Source: Candidatus Omnitrophota bacterium (GTDB lineage: Bacteria; Omnitrophota; Gorgyraeia; Tantalellales; Tantalellaceae). From it: a stretch of 64,000 nt of DNA. A program made the translations under genes and the position numbers. The notes under the pieces were generated by a model. It searched no databases. It had not been told where the DNA came from and worked only from the letters and a program-made list of their open reading frames with translations. The stretch lies in assembly GCA_043811395.1 (NCBI GenBank), contig JBDRNE010000025.1, positions 7,137-71,136 of the forward strand. Reading direction: 5' to 3'. This document shows, piece by piece, positions 1-8,450 of the stretch. Each line of letters begins with the position of its first letter. Position 1 is the first letter of the stretch.

Positions 1-372
1 CCCAAAAAACAGATAAATTTAGACAGCGTGCTTTTTTACCTGAATGTTATACAGCAGAATTTTGATTACGCGAATAATTTAAATTCCCAGCTTGTTGAGA
101 TAAAAACTGAAAAAGAAGAGACCCTGTCAGAGATTAGAGATTTAGAAAGAGTTGTGAACGAAACAGAACAAGAGATAAAACAAAAAAAAGCTTATGAGGA
201 CGAAATCCGCAATATTGAAATTGTCCAGGCGCCAAAAGTCGCGCGGTGTTGTCCTAAGACAAATATTTTTCGAAACTTTATCGGGGCAATATTTTTGAGT
301 ATGATTATTGGCATTTTTGCGGTATTTCTCGCGGAATTTTGGAAAAACATGGATAAAAATGATGGTAAATAA
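1..372 (+). CDS. C-terminal fragment of a polysaccharide chain-length determinant (Wzz/GumC-like) protein; reading frame is open from base 1, so the 5' end lies outside the window
   Basis: Frame 1 is open from the window edge. It has a coiled-coil-like charged stretch (EEKEETLSEIRDLERVVNETEQEIKQKKAYEDE) followed by a C-terminal hydrophobic helix (IGAIFLSMIIGIFAVFLAEF), the typical C-terminal architecture of Wzz/PCP proteins. Confidence 0.4.
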   Translation, partial: PKKQINLDSVLFYLNVIQQNFDYANNLNSQLVEIKTEKEETLSEIRDLERVVNETEQEIKQKKAYEDEIRNIEIVQAPKVARCCPKTNIFRNFIGAIFLSMIIGIFAVFLAEFWKNMDKNDGK

Positions 373-1531
373 TGTTATCTTGAAAAAACGATTCTTTTTA
401 AACGCTACAGTTATTGGTGTAATAAGTTTTGTTTTGGTAATCTTGACCGTTAATAGTGCAACTTGGTTTAGGGTGAAAAGGGCTCAGGGGTTTATTGAAC
501 GCGGTCAGACTGATTCAGCGCTTTCAATCTTGAAAAAAGCGTTTCGCAAGGAAACACTTTCTCCAGACAGACGCATTTTTGATTTAAGAAAAATCGCTGT
601 AAAAGATTTTATAGCTGTGGAATTAAATTCATTGTACTTAAAAAGCGCGAATCAAAGTTTAGAGAATGCTACCACGTTTTTTAAATCGCGGCTGAGAGAT
701 GCAAACAATTTTGAAAAGTCAATGGATGAATATTTGAAAATAATTGAACTTAAAAACGATTATGATGTTGCCTTAGGTGAAAACACAATGGCAACAGTGG
801 AATGGGACGTAATTTTAACTAAAACTAAAAACAAAAAGGCTACAGATTGTTTTATCTTTGGGGAAGAGCTTGTTGAATCTCAAAAATGGGATGACGCCAG
901 GATGTTTTACACCAAAGAAATTTTAAAATACCTGAGCCCGGTGGATGTTTTGCAAGCGTTACATAAACTTTATCCTAAAGGCGGACGGAAGAGCGAAAAG
1001 GAACACATTTGGGGAGGAGACATATTTGTAATTTTAGAAGATTTTGAAGAAAAGGACGCTCCTGTTTTAGGACCGTGGGCAAAATCGAGTGAACCCCGAG
1101 TAAACGAACATAGTATTTCAGAGGAAGAAGCCGTGAGCGGTAAAAGTTCAGAGTATTTCAATGTAGAATATGCTGGCGGACGTAATGATTATTGGGCAAA
1201 AACAGTAGATATCCCGTTAAATAATCCCGATTTGTCTTTGGGAATAAGAGTGTTTATAAAAAGTAACGGAAGTTTTAAGGGAGACTTGCGGGTTAATACT
1301 ACTTATCCTCCTAGTGGCAGATGCGGGATTACGTCTTCAACTTACCGGAAAAATTTGGAAAATGGCTGGATAGAATATGGTTTGGAAAACTTATATGAAA
1401 AAGCCCGCGAAAACGGTTTACAGCATAAATGGTCTGTTGATAACATGAAAATAGACAAAGTGCTTATTGACACATCTTGTGCTTTTTGCAAATTTTATGT
1501 TGATGACATTCAGCTGTATATCGTGGAGTAG
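359..1531 (+). CDS. hypothetical membrane-anchored protein (N-terminal TM helix, large soluble domain); function unknown
   Basis: ORF 308..1531 in the track; likely start is ATG 359/362 (MMVNNVILKK...), overlapping the upstream stop. One N-terminal TM segment (VIGVISFVLVILTV); no recognisable catalytic motif by eye. Confidence 0.45.
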   Translation: MMVNNVILKKRFFLNATVIGVISFVLVILTVNSATWFRVKRAQGFIERGQTDSALSILKKAFRKETLSPDRRIFDLRKIAVKDFIAVELNSLYLKSANQSLENATTFFKSRLRDANNFEKSMDEYLKIIELKNDYDVALGENTMATVEWDVILTKTKNKKATDCFIFGEELVESQKWDDARMFYTKEILKYLSPVDVLQALHKLYPKGGRKSEKEHIWGGDIFVILEDFEEKDAPVLGPWAKSSEPRVNEHSISEEEAVSGKSSEYFNVEYAGGRNDYWAKTVDIPLNNPDLSLGIRVFIKSNGSFKGDLRVNTTYPPSGRCGITSSTYRKNLENGWIEYGLENLYEKARENGLQHKWSVDNMKIDKVLIDTSCAFCKFYVDDIQLYIVE

Positions 1532-1620
1532 TATGAAGAAAAAAGAAGTTATCATGTTTTAGTTTTTTATTTCTCAACTGTGGCTATTCAAAAAACAAAA
1601 AAAGGTAAAGGTTTATTATT

Positions 1621-3429
1621 ATGGAAAACGAATATATTTTAGCGATTCATTGTGGGCATAACGCCTCTTGCGCGCTTATGCGGGATGGTAAGATAATAGT
1701 CGCGGTGCAGGAAGAGCGGTTTACACGTAAAAAAAATCATACCGGTTATCCCAAGTGTTCAATTGATTATTGTATGAGTAAGGTTGGCATTAGGGGGCAG
1801 GATCTTTCACGAATTGCTTATACGTCGACCAATTTAAGCGGCATTCTTGTTAAATCAAAATATTCGCTTAATTTTTCTGTGAGGGATTATCTCGATTATT
1901 ACGGAAAAAGATACTATCTCCCAAAAATGAATATGGAAAATGAAACGTGTTTCGAGTACTTAAAATGGCTACGTGATTCAGAAAAGTTCAATAAAGAGCC
2001 CCATTATTTTGATTACTCTTTTCTAACAGATGAAGTATTGAGGGACTATAATAAAAGTTTTAGTCTTTTTCGCGATGAACAAACTAAAACTTTATCTAAA
2101 CATTTAGGTGTAGAGCGTAATAAAATACGCTTCATTGACCACCATACTTGTCACGCGCATTATGCCTATTATGGGAGTCCTTTTCTCGGAGAGGATAGTA
2201 TCGTTATTACGCTGGACGGATGGGGGGACGGACGGAATCAGACTGTTTGGAAAGCATCAAATGATGGGCTCGAATTGCTGGCTGAGTCTTGTCAAAATGA
2301 TGTTGGACGGGTGTATAAGATGGCAACTTTGATTTTAGGCATGCGTCCGGACGAACATGAGTATAAGGTTATGGGGCTTGCGCCTTACGCGAAAAAATCT
2401 TACTGCCAAGGTCCGTTTGACGTTATCAAAGATATCTCACAGGTTGAGGATATGAAAATTGTATACAAAAATCGTCCGGAAGACTTATTTTCTTATTTGA
2501 AAAAACATTGGGAAGAATATCGTTTTGATAATATTGCCGCTGCCGTCCAATTGTATGTGGAAACCTTGGCAAAAGAGCTTATCGAAGATGTTGTCAAAAA
2601 AACCGGTATTAAAAAAATTGTACTTAGCGGCGGGATCTCGATGAATGTGAAAATGAATATGGCCATCGCGGAATTACCGTGTGTTTCTTCGTTGTTCGTT
2701 TGCGGTTCAGGCGGAGATGAATCTCTCAGTCTTGGCGGATGCTATTATCTGAATCGAAAGAATAAGAACAATCGACCGGTAGAAAGTTTGTGCATAGGGT
2801 ATGATGTTAAGGATGACTTGAGATCTATTGGCGAAGAGTTTGTTTCCGACCGCTATAATGTAAATAAAAACGTTTCAAATGCCGAAGTAGCTAGATTATT
2901 GGCTCGAGGACATATTATAGCCAGGGTTTGCGACTGTGCGGAGTTTGGGGCAAGAGCATTGGGTAATCGCAGTATTTTGGCTGATCCAAGTAAAAATGAT
3001 GTAGTACAAAAAATAAACAGAATGATTAAAAGAAGAGATTTTTGGATGCCTTTTGCTTTGTCAATACTCGAAGAATACACGGATGAGTATATTCTTAATC
3101 CAAAGAAAATAAAAGCTCCGTTCATGGCGCTTGCATTTAGCACTTTTCCGGATTTATACCGGAATATTCATGCGGGGACGCATCCCTACGACAAGACAGT
3201 TAGACCACAATTTGTTTCAAAGAAAACAAGTACTGGCTATTATAATTTGATAGAAGAATTTCGACAATTAACGGGTATTCCAGCCTTGTTGAATACTAGT
3301 TTTAATTTGCATGGTGAGCCTATCGTGAATGATGTGAAAGATTCTTTGCGCGCGTTTGAACTTTCTGGTCTGGATCATTTGCTGATAGAAGATACATTAG
3401 TCTCAAAACGTGACAAAAAGAGCGCATAA
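1621..3429 (+). CDS. carbamoyltransferase (NodU/CmcH/NovN family)
   Basis: 602 aa. N-terminal Kae1/YgjD-like carbamoyltransferase domain (ILAIHCGHNASCALMRDGKIIVAVQEERFTRKK; HHTCHAHYAY; GWGDG) plus C-terminal carbamoyltransferase domain. Size and motifs fit NodU-type O-carbamoyltransferases. AAAGG RBS precedes ATG 1621. Confidence 0.75.
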   Translation: MENEYILAIHCGHNASCALMRDGKIIVAVQEERFTRKKNHTGYPKCSIDYCMSKVGIRGQDLSRIAYTSTNLSGILVKSKYSLNFSVRDYLDYYGKRYYLPKMNMENETCFEYLKWLRDSEKFNKEPHYFDYSFLTDEVLRDYNKSFSLFRDEQTKTLSKHLGVERNKIRFIDHHTCHAHYAYYGSPFLGEDSIVITLDGWGDGRNQTVWKASNDGLELLAESCQNDVGRVYKMATLILGMRPDEHEYKVMGLAPYAKKSYCQGPFDVIKDISQVEDMKIVYKNRPEDLFSYLKKHWEEYRFDNIAAAVQLYVETLAKELIEDVVKKTGIKKIVLSGGISMNVKMNMAIAELPCVSSLFVCGSGGDESLSLGGCYYLNRKNKNNRPVESLCIGYDVKDDLRSIGEEFVSDRYNVNKNVSNAEVARLLARGHIIARVCDCAEFGARALGNRSILADPSKNDVVQKINRMIKRRDFWMPFALSILEEYTDEYILNPKKIKAPFMALAFSTFPDLYRNIHAGTHPYDKTVRPQFVSKKTSTGYYNLIEEFRQLTGIPALLNTSFNLHGEPIVNDVKDSLRAFELSGLDHLLIEDTLVSKRDKKSA

Positions 3430-3876
3430 ATCACAGAGAGTCCTCAGATTGTTTTGAAAATAGGACATGTTCCGGATTTCATGACAATAGATGAGTTAAA
3501 AGACCTGATGGATGGAGGCTACAAGCAGTTTTATTACAGGGCATTCTATTATCTTAAAAAGTTTAATGAACATAAGGTTTTTTGAAGATCTTAGAAAAAA
3601 CATAGTGGGGGCGCTTGGGTTTATGGGGATAGGCAAAGCATGATGAGATTTTTTTGTAGATTTTAGTTAAGTTTCCCCTCTCCATGTTAAGTCTTAAAAA
3701 GTTATTTTTCATTTCCTCTTTGGTTTTGATGACGTATCGCTAGAACGTTTCATTATATTTTGTACTTTGTGTAGCATAACTGCGTAACAAATTTCTTTTC
3801 AAAAAATGCAATATTACGAGAAATATTCGGGTTAAAAGCTTACAGATTTTATGTGAATTGGTTCCACGAAAGAGTC

Positions 3877-3906
3877 TTGACAGTATGTATATGTGTATTA
3901 TACAAT
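3877..3906 (+). promoter_or_regulatory. candidate sigma70-type promoter (TTGACA - 18 nt - TACAAT) in the 611-bp gap upstream of the epimerase gene
   Basis: TTGACA at 3877-3882 and TACAAT at 3901-3906, separated by 18 nt. It lies in the only long non-coding gap (3430-4040) of the left half of the locus. Confidence 0.35.
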
Positions 3907-4040
3907 AACGTCGTTTTGTTCGTTGAGTGTGTGTAAGATATTAAGAGGAAAACATTTAGAAGCCAATAAGCTTATCAGAATCTAATTGATGCTACTGATA
4001 ATTGGCTGAATCCAAAGTTTTTATAACTAGAGGATAGAAA

Positions 4041-5054
4041 TTGAGGACGGAAAATACGGAGAGGAAAGTAATTGTTACCGGTGGAGCTGGGTTTATCGGA
4101 TCACATCTTGTTGATTATCTCGTAGAAAAAGGATGTGAGGTTACTGTAATTGATAATTTTTCAACCGGTAGAAGGTCTAATCTTAAACATATCATTAGTA
4201 ATATCAGATTGGTCGAAGCAGATGTTACGAATTTTGAAGCTATTTTGCCCCATTTCCAAAATAAAGACATAGTTTTTCATTTAGCCGCTTTAGCGGATAT
4301 AGTTCCCTCTATTGTAAATCCTCTTAATTATTACCGGTCTAATGTTAATGGTACTATCAATGTAATGGAAGCTGTACGTTTGTCCAAAGTCAAAAAAGTG
4401 GTCTATTCAGCGTCTTCTTCGTGTTATGGTATTCCCTCCGAAGAACCTCGCCCGACATCTGAAACAGATCCAATAAATCCGCAGTATCCTTACGCGCATA
4501 CTAAATTTTTGGGAGAAGAAATAGTTCTGCATTATGGTAAAATTTATGAAATGCCAGTTGTTTCTTTGCGGTTATTTAATGTTTATGGTCCAAGGTCAAG
4601 AACATCAGGTACTTATGGAGCGGTTTTTGGGGTGTTTTTGGCTCAGAAACTTAAAAATAGTCCGTATACTGTCGTTGGCGACGGTACGCAGACACGTGAT
4701 TTTATTTATGTAAGAGACGTAGCGCATGCTTTCGCGAAAGCCGGGTTTTCGGATGTTAAAAATGAAGTATTTAATGTGGGATCCGGCAATCCTCAGAGTG
4801 TGAATAAACTGGTTTCACTTTTGGGAGGAGATAAGATTCACATACCTAAAAGACCGGGAGAGCCGGAATATACCTGGGCGGACATAAGTAAAATAGCGGA
4901 ACGTCTTTCTTGGCAGGCGGAAGTGTCTTTTGAAGAAGGTGTTGAGAGAATCGTGAAAAAAATTGATTATTGGCAGTCAGCTCCGGTTTGGACACCAGAT
5001 ACGATCGAAAATGAAACAAAAGAGTGGTTTCGGTATTTGACGAAAGGTGTATAG
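4041..5054 (+). CDS. NAD-dependent epimerase/dehydratase (extended SDR; UDP-sugar 4-epimerase / UDP-glucuronate decarboxylase-like)
   Basis: TTG start at 4041 with AGGATAG RBS. N-terminal Rossmann motif VTGGAGFIGSH; Yxx(x)K-type catalytic region (YAHTKFLGE); length 337 aa. Confidence 0.75.
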   Translation: MRTENTERKVIVTGGAGFIGSHLVDYLVEKGCEVTVIDNFSTGRRSNLKHIISNIRLVEADVTNFEAILPHFQNKDIVFHLAALADIVPSIVNPLNYYRSNVNGTINVMEAVRLSKVKKVVYSASSSCYGIPSEEPRPTSETDPINPQYPYAHTKFLGEEIVLHYGKIYEMPVVSLRLFNVYGPRSRTSGTYGAVFGVFLAQKLKNSPYTVVGDGTQTRDFIYVRDVAHAFAKAGFSDVKNEVFNVGSGNPQSVNKLVSLLGGDKIHIPKRPGEPEYTWADISKIAERLSWQAEVSFEEGVERIVKKIDYWQSAPVWTPDTIENETKEWFRYLTKGV

Positions 5055-6586
5055 TGAATCAGAAAGCATTAGAAAAAATAAAAACAATAGATGAATTATC
5101 CCTGATTTCGGAGACTCTAAAAAACGAAGGTCGAAAAATTGTTCAGTGTCACGGGGTGTTTGATCTTGTCCATTTAGGGCATATCAGGCATTTTAATTTG
5201 GCAAAAAAAGAAGCAGATGTTCTGATCATAACACTTACCGCTGACAAGCATGTCAAGAGAGGTCCCGGGCGGCCTGTTTTTAATGAACATTTAAGAGCGG
5301 AAACATTGGCGTCACTTGCTGTTAGCGATTATGTGTGTGTTATGGATTTTCCAACAGCTATCGAGGCTATTAAGCGGATTAAACCTGATATCTATGCGAA
5401 AGGGCTTGATTATAAAGAAAAGAGTAAAGATGTTACCGGCAAGATTTATGATGAAGAAGAGGCTGTTCGTGCTGTCGGTGGAGAAGTAGTGTTTACGGAC
5501 GACATTACTTTCAGTTCTTCAAATTTGATAAATAGTTATCTTGATGTGTATCCGCCCAAAACCATTAAATATTTAAAAGCTATAGCAAAAAGGCATAGCA
5601 CGGATTTAATAGTAGAAAGTCTCAATTTATTAAAAGATTTAAAAGTACTGGTTATCGGGGATGCTATTGTTGATCAGTATCACTATTGCACGCCCATGGG
5701 GAAGTCTTCTAAGGAACACCTGGTTGCGAACAGATACGTTTCAAAAGAAATGTTTGCCGGAGGAAGTTTGGCTACGGCAAACAATGTAGCAAGTATTTGT
5801 GATAAAGTGGATCTTTTGACAGTATTAGGAGAAAAGAGTTCTTTTCAGGAGTTTATTGAAAATCGTTTAGTTGAGAACGTCAATCCCGTATTTTTTTATC
5901 GGTCGGATACCGGGACTATCGTTAAAAGAAGGTTTGTCAGCCAAGGGGTTAATCGGAAACTTTTTGAAATTTGTTATATGAAAGATGATGATATTTCATT
6001 GCCGGCAGAAACGAAAATACTAGAACATCTTAAAAAAAATATTGAAAATTATGATTTGGTTGTTGTCTCTGATTTTGGGCATGGGCTTATGACAAAAAGG
6101 ATTATTGATTTTATTTGTGAAAACGCGAAATACCTGGCGCTTAATGTTCAGACAAATAGCGCCAATATCGGGTTTAACCTTGTAACAAAATACCCAAAAG
6201 CGGATTGTGTATGTGTTGATGAAATGGAGCTCAGGTTTGCCACGCATGATAGATTCAGCGATTTGCGTACACACGCGAAGGATATTTACGGGCGTCTTGG
6301 GTGCAGGCATATTATTGCCACTCGTGGCGCTCATGGTTCATTGTGTTATTCAAAAGAAGACGGGTATCATGAAACGCCCGCGTTTTCATACCGGGTTATT
6401 GACGCGATAGGCGCGGGAGACGCGTTTTTCGCGTTTGTAGCGCCGTGCTTTGCTAAAGGGTTTCCTCAGGACTTAGTGTCATTTATCGGCAATAGTGTCG
6501 GGTCATTGGCGGTTCAAATAGTATGTAACAGGGAACCCGTGAAATCAGTGGATTTAATAAAATTTATTACGCGGCTTTTAAAATGA
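5054..6586 (+). CDS. bifunctional sugar-phosphate nucleotidyltransferase / PfkB-family sugar kinase, HldE(RfaE)-like but with reversed domain order (cytidylyltransferase-like N-terminus, ribokinase-like C-terminus)
   Basis: N-terminus carries the nucleotidyltransferase HxGH motif (CHGVFDLVHLGHIRHF) as in RfaE domain II. The C-terminal half is a PfkB/ribokinase fold with the DAIGAGDAF anion-hole/ATP motif. Probable start is GTG 5054, overlapping the upstream TAG (TAGTG); the track ORF begins at the in-frame GTG 5024. Confidence 0.65.
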   Translation: MNQKALEKIKTIDELSLISETLKNEGRKIVQCHGVFDLVHLGHIRHFNLAKKEADVLIITLTADKHVKRGPGRPVFNEHLRAETLASLAVSDYVCVMDFPTAIEAIKRIKPDIYAKGLDYKEKSKDVTGKIYDEEEAVRAVGGEVVFTDDITFSSSNLINSYLDVYPPKTIKYLKAIAKRHSTDLIVESLNLLKDLKVLVIGDAIVDQYHYCTPMGKSSKEHLVANRYVSKEMFAGGSLATANNVASICDKVDLLTVLGEKSSFQEFIENRLVENVNPVFFYRSDTGTIVKRRFVSQGVNRKLFEICYMKDDDISLPAETKILEHLKKNIENYDLVVVSDFGHGLMTKRIIDFICENAKYLALNVQTNSANIGFNLVTKYPKADCVCVDEMELRFATHDRFSDLRTHAKDIYGRLGCRHIIATRGAHGSLCYSKEDGYHETPAFSYRVIDAIGAGDAFFAFVAPCFAKGFPQDLVSFIGNSVGSLAVQIVCNREPVKSVDLIKFITRLLK

Positions 6587-7161
6587 AACAAGACATTAAA
6601 CAATATTTTGGAGTTTTAAAATCTCTTTTTGATGAAGTTATCGTTACAGCCGAGGGCGGCGTGGTATGCCAGTTTAATGAAGCTATCAAAATGGCGGTAG
6701 AACTTATTTTGGATCAGGCTGGGCTTGGCGGGAAAGTTTTATTTGTGGGTAATGGCGCGAGCGCCGCGATTTCAAGTCATATGGCAACGGATTTTTGGAA
6801 AAATGCCGGGGTAAAAGCTCTTTCGTTTAATGACAGTTCATTGCTGACGTGTATAAGTAATGATTTTGGATATAAGCATGTCTTTGAAAAACCTGTTGAA
6901 ATGTTTGCCGAAAGTGAAGACGTTTTAGTCGCGATTTCAAGTTCAGGAGAGTCTGAAAACATTTTGAACGCGGTAAGCGCGGCAAAAAAAATAGGGCTTA
7001 AAATTGTGACTTTGTCAGGATTTAAAGATAATAATCCTTTAAGAAAAATGGGAGACATAAATTTTTATATGCCTTCAGTAAGTTACGGGCATGTTGAGAT
7101 AACGCATCTTTCGGTGTGTCATTGTATGTCTGATATCATAAAGGTTGGTAAAAATGGATAA
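6583..7161 (+). CDS. gmhA: D-sedoheptulose-7-phosphate isomerase (SIS domain, GmhA)
   Basis: 192 aa SIS-domain protein with VLFVGNGASAAISSHMATDF and SSSGESENIL motifs typical of GmhA. ATGA overlap with the upstream gene. Confidence 0.75.
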   Translation: MKQDIKQYFGVLKSLFDEVIVTAEGGVVCQFNEAIKMAVELILDQAGLGGKVLFVGNGASAAISSHMATDFWKNAGVKALSFNDSSLLTCISNDFGYKHVFEKPVEMFAESEDVLVAISSSGESENILNAVSAAKKIGLKIVTLSGFKDNNPLRKMGDINFYMPSVSYGHVEITHLSVCHCMSDIIKVGKNG

Positions 7162-8227
7162 GTACAAGATTGACGATCATAAGCTTATGTATCATGTCTC
7201 AAGGGTAAATGATTGGTTGAATGGTAAAATTGTTTATCCGATATACATGGAAATATGTCCTTCAGGCGCGTGCAATCATAGATGCACTTATTGTGCTTAT
7301 GATTTTGCCGGGTATAAGAATAAGTTTTTAGAGACTGAAGTATTAAAAAAGAAATTATCGGAGTTAGGTGCCAGAGGACTAAAAAGCGTTGTGTATGCAG
7401 GTGAGGGCGAACCTTTTTTACATCCTGATATGGCGGATATAATAAGTCATACTGCAAAGTCGGGTATAGATGTCGGCATTGCAACGAATGCGGTGTTTTT
7501 TAATGAAGAAACAGCAGAAAAAACACTTAAAGATATTACTTGGCTCAAAGTCAGTATTTCCGGGGCGACGGAAGACACCTATAGAAAAATACACAGGTCG
7601 AAGCCTGGAGATATTTCCCGTGTTATTAACAATATGAAAACCGCTTCAGAAATAAAGAGAATAAAAGGTTATTCCTGCACTCTTGGTATGCAACTCTTAC
7701 TTTTGCCGGAAAATTGTAACGAAGCCGTAGATTTAGTTAAATTGGCTCGGGATATTGGAATGGATTACGTGGTCATAAAGCCTTACTCACAGCATCCGCA
7801 GAGCAAGACCACGAAATATAATTCTGTGAAGTATAGCGAATATGAACATTTAGGAGACAAAATTGCTCAATTAAATACAAACAAATTTAGTGCTGTTTTC
7901 AGAATACAAACAATGCGTGAATGGGACAGCGGAAATAGTGTACGCGGGTACAATCGATGTCTTTCAACCCCTTTTTGGTCGTATATTGATATGGAAGGCA
8001 ATGTGTGGGGATGCGCAATATATTTGGGTGATGAAAAGTTTTTGTATGGAAATATTTATGAAGAGTCTTTTCAGGAAATTTGGCAAGGGAAAAAACGTAA
8101 AAAATCTCTCGCATGGATGGAAAATGAGTTAGATATTTCCAAGTGCAGAGTTAATTGCCGGATGAATAAGATAAATAAGTATCTGTGGGATTTAAAAAAC
8201 CTGCCGGAACATGTAAATTTTATATAA
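7154..8227 (+). CDS. radical SAM enzyme with C-terminal Cys-rich (SPASM/twitch-like) extension
   Basis: CxxxCxxC motif CNHRCTYCAY near the N-terminus and glycine-rich SAM motif (VVYAGEGEPF). C-terminal cysteines (GCAIYLG ... KCRVNCRMN). Paralogous to the 12376 gene. Start ATG 7154 follows AAGGTTGG. Confidence 0.7.
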   Translation: MDKYKIDDHKLMYHVSRVNDWLNGKIVYPIYMEICPSGACNHRCTYCAYDFAGYKNKFLETEVLKKKLSELGARGLKSVVYAGEGEPFLHPDMADIISHTAKSGIDVGIATNAVFFNEETAEKTLKDITWLKVSISGATEDTYRKIHRSKPGDISRVINNMKTASEIKRIKGYSCTLGMQLLLLPENCNEAVDLVKLARDIGMDYVVIKPYSQHPQSKTTKYNSVKYSEYEHLGDKIAQLNTNKFSAVFRIQTMREWDSGNSVRGYNRCLSTPFWSYIDMEGNVWGCAIYLGDEKFLYGNIYEESFQEIWQGKKRKKSLAWMENELDISKCRVNCRMNKINKYLWDLKNLPEHVNFI

Positions 8228-8378
8228 CCCGAATTTCGCGTTAATCGGAATTCGCCTTTTGAAATTGTCATTCCCCTGTTTTCACAGGGGCAGGCTATGC
8301 GAAAGCAGGAATCTAGAAGGATATAGATTCTGGATTAAATTCGGGATGGCAACATTTTTGAAGAAGGGACCGGTCTTT

Positions 8379-8410
8379 CCCCCCTTTGAAAAAGGGGGTT
8401 AGGAGATTTT
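8379..8410. terminator. GC-rich hairpin (CCCCCCTTT-gaa-AAAGGGGG) followed by a T-rich tail; member of a repeat shared with 50093-50212; probable intrinsic terminator of the upstream operon segment
   Basis: 8-bp G/C stem at 8380-8387 / 8391-8398 with a 3-nt loop, then TTAGGAGATTTTAATT. Two further hairpins lie at 8273-8290 and 8309-8330 in the same 223-bp gap. Confidence 0.35.
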
Positions 8411-8450
8411 AATTAATGTCTGATTTTTAAATAAACAACGGTAAAAACAA

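Noticed and set aside
2135-2332. Short + strand ORFs nested in alternative frames of larger genes (2135-2332, 6207-6410, 7890-8132, 12614-12874, 19650-19835, 40338-40526, 48837-49019, 62937-63131)
   Set aside because: All are 60-86 codons, sit inside confidently assigned genes in a different frame, and lack start-site signals. Treated as frame artefacts.
3481-3585. 34-codon ORF (MTIDELKDLMDGGYKQFYYRAFYYLKKFNEHKVF) in the leader region
   Set aside because: No RBS, no recognisable motif, below reliable size. Could be a remnant or chance ORF. Mentioned only within the leader-region finding.
3430-4040. tRNA/ncRNA in the longest intergenic gap
   Set aside because: No tRNA-like T-loop (GTTCGAATC-type) or acceptor/anticodon symmetry seen. 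No recognisable riboswitch consensus and no RfaH ops element (GGCGGTAG). Only the promoter-like hexamers and an inverted repeat are reported.
8228-8260. Direct repeats gaatttcgcg / ggaattcgcc after the radical SAM gene
   Set aside because: Too short and imperfect (8-9 nt) to call a repeat family. Probably chance or part of the terminator region already described.
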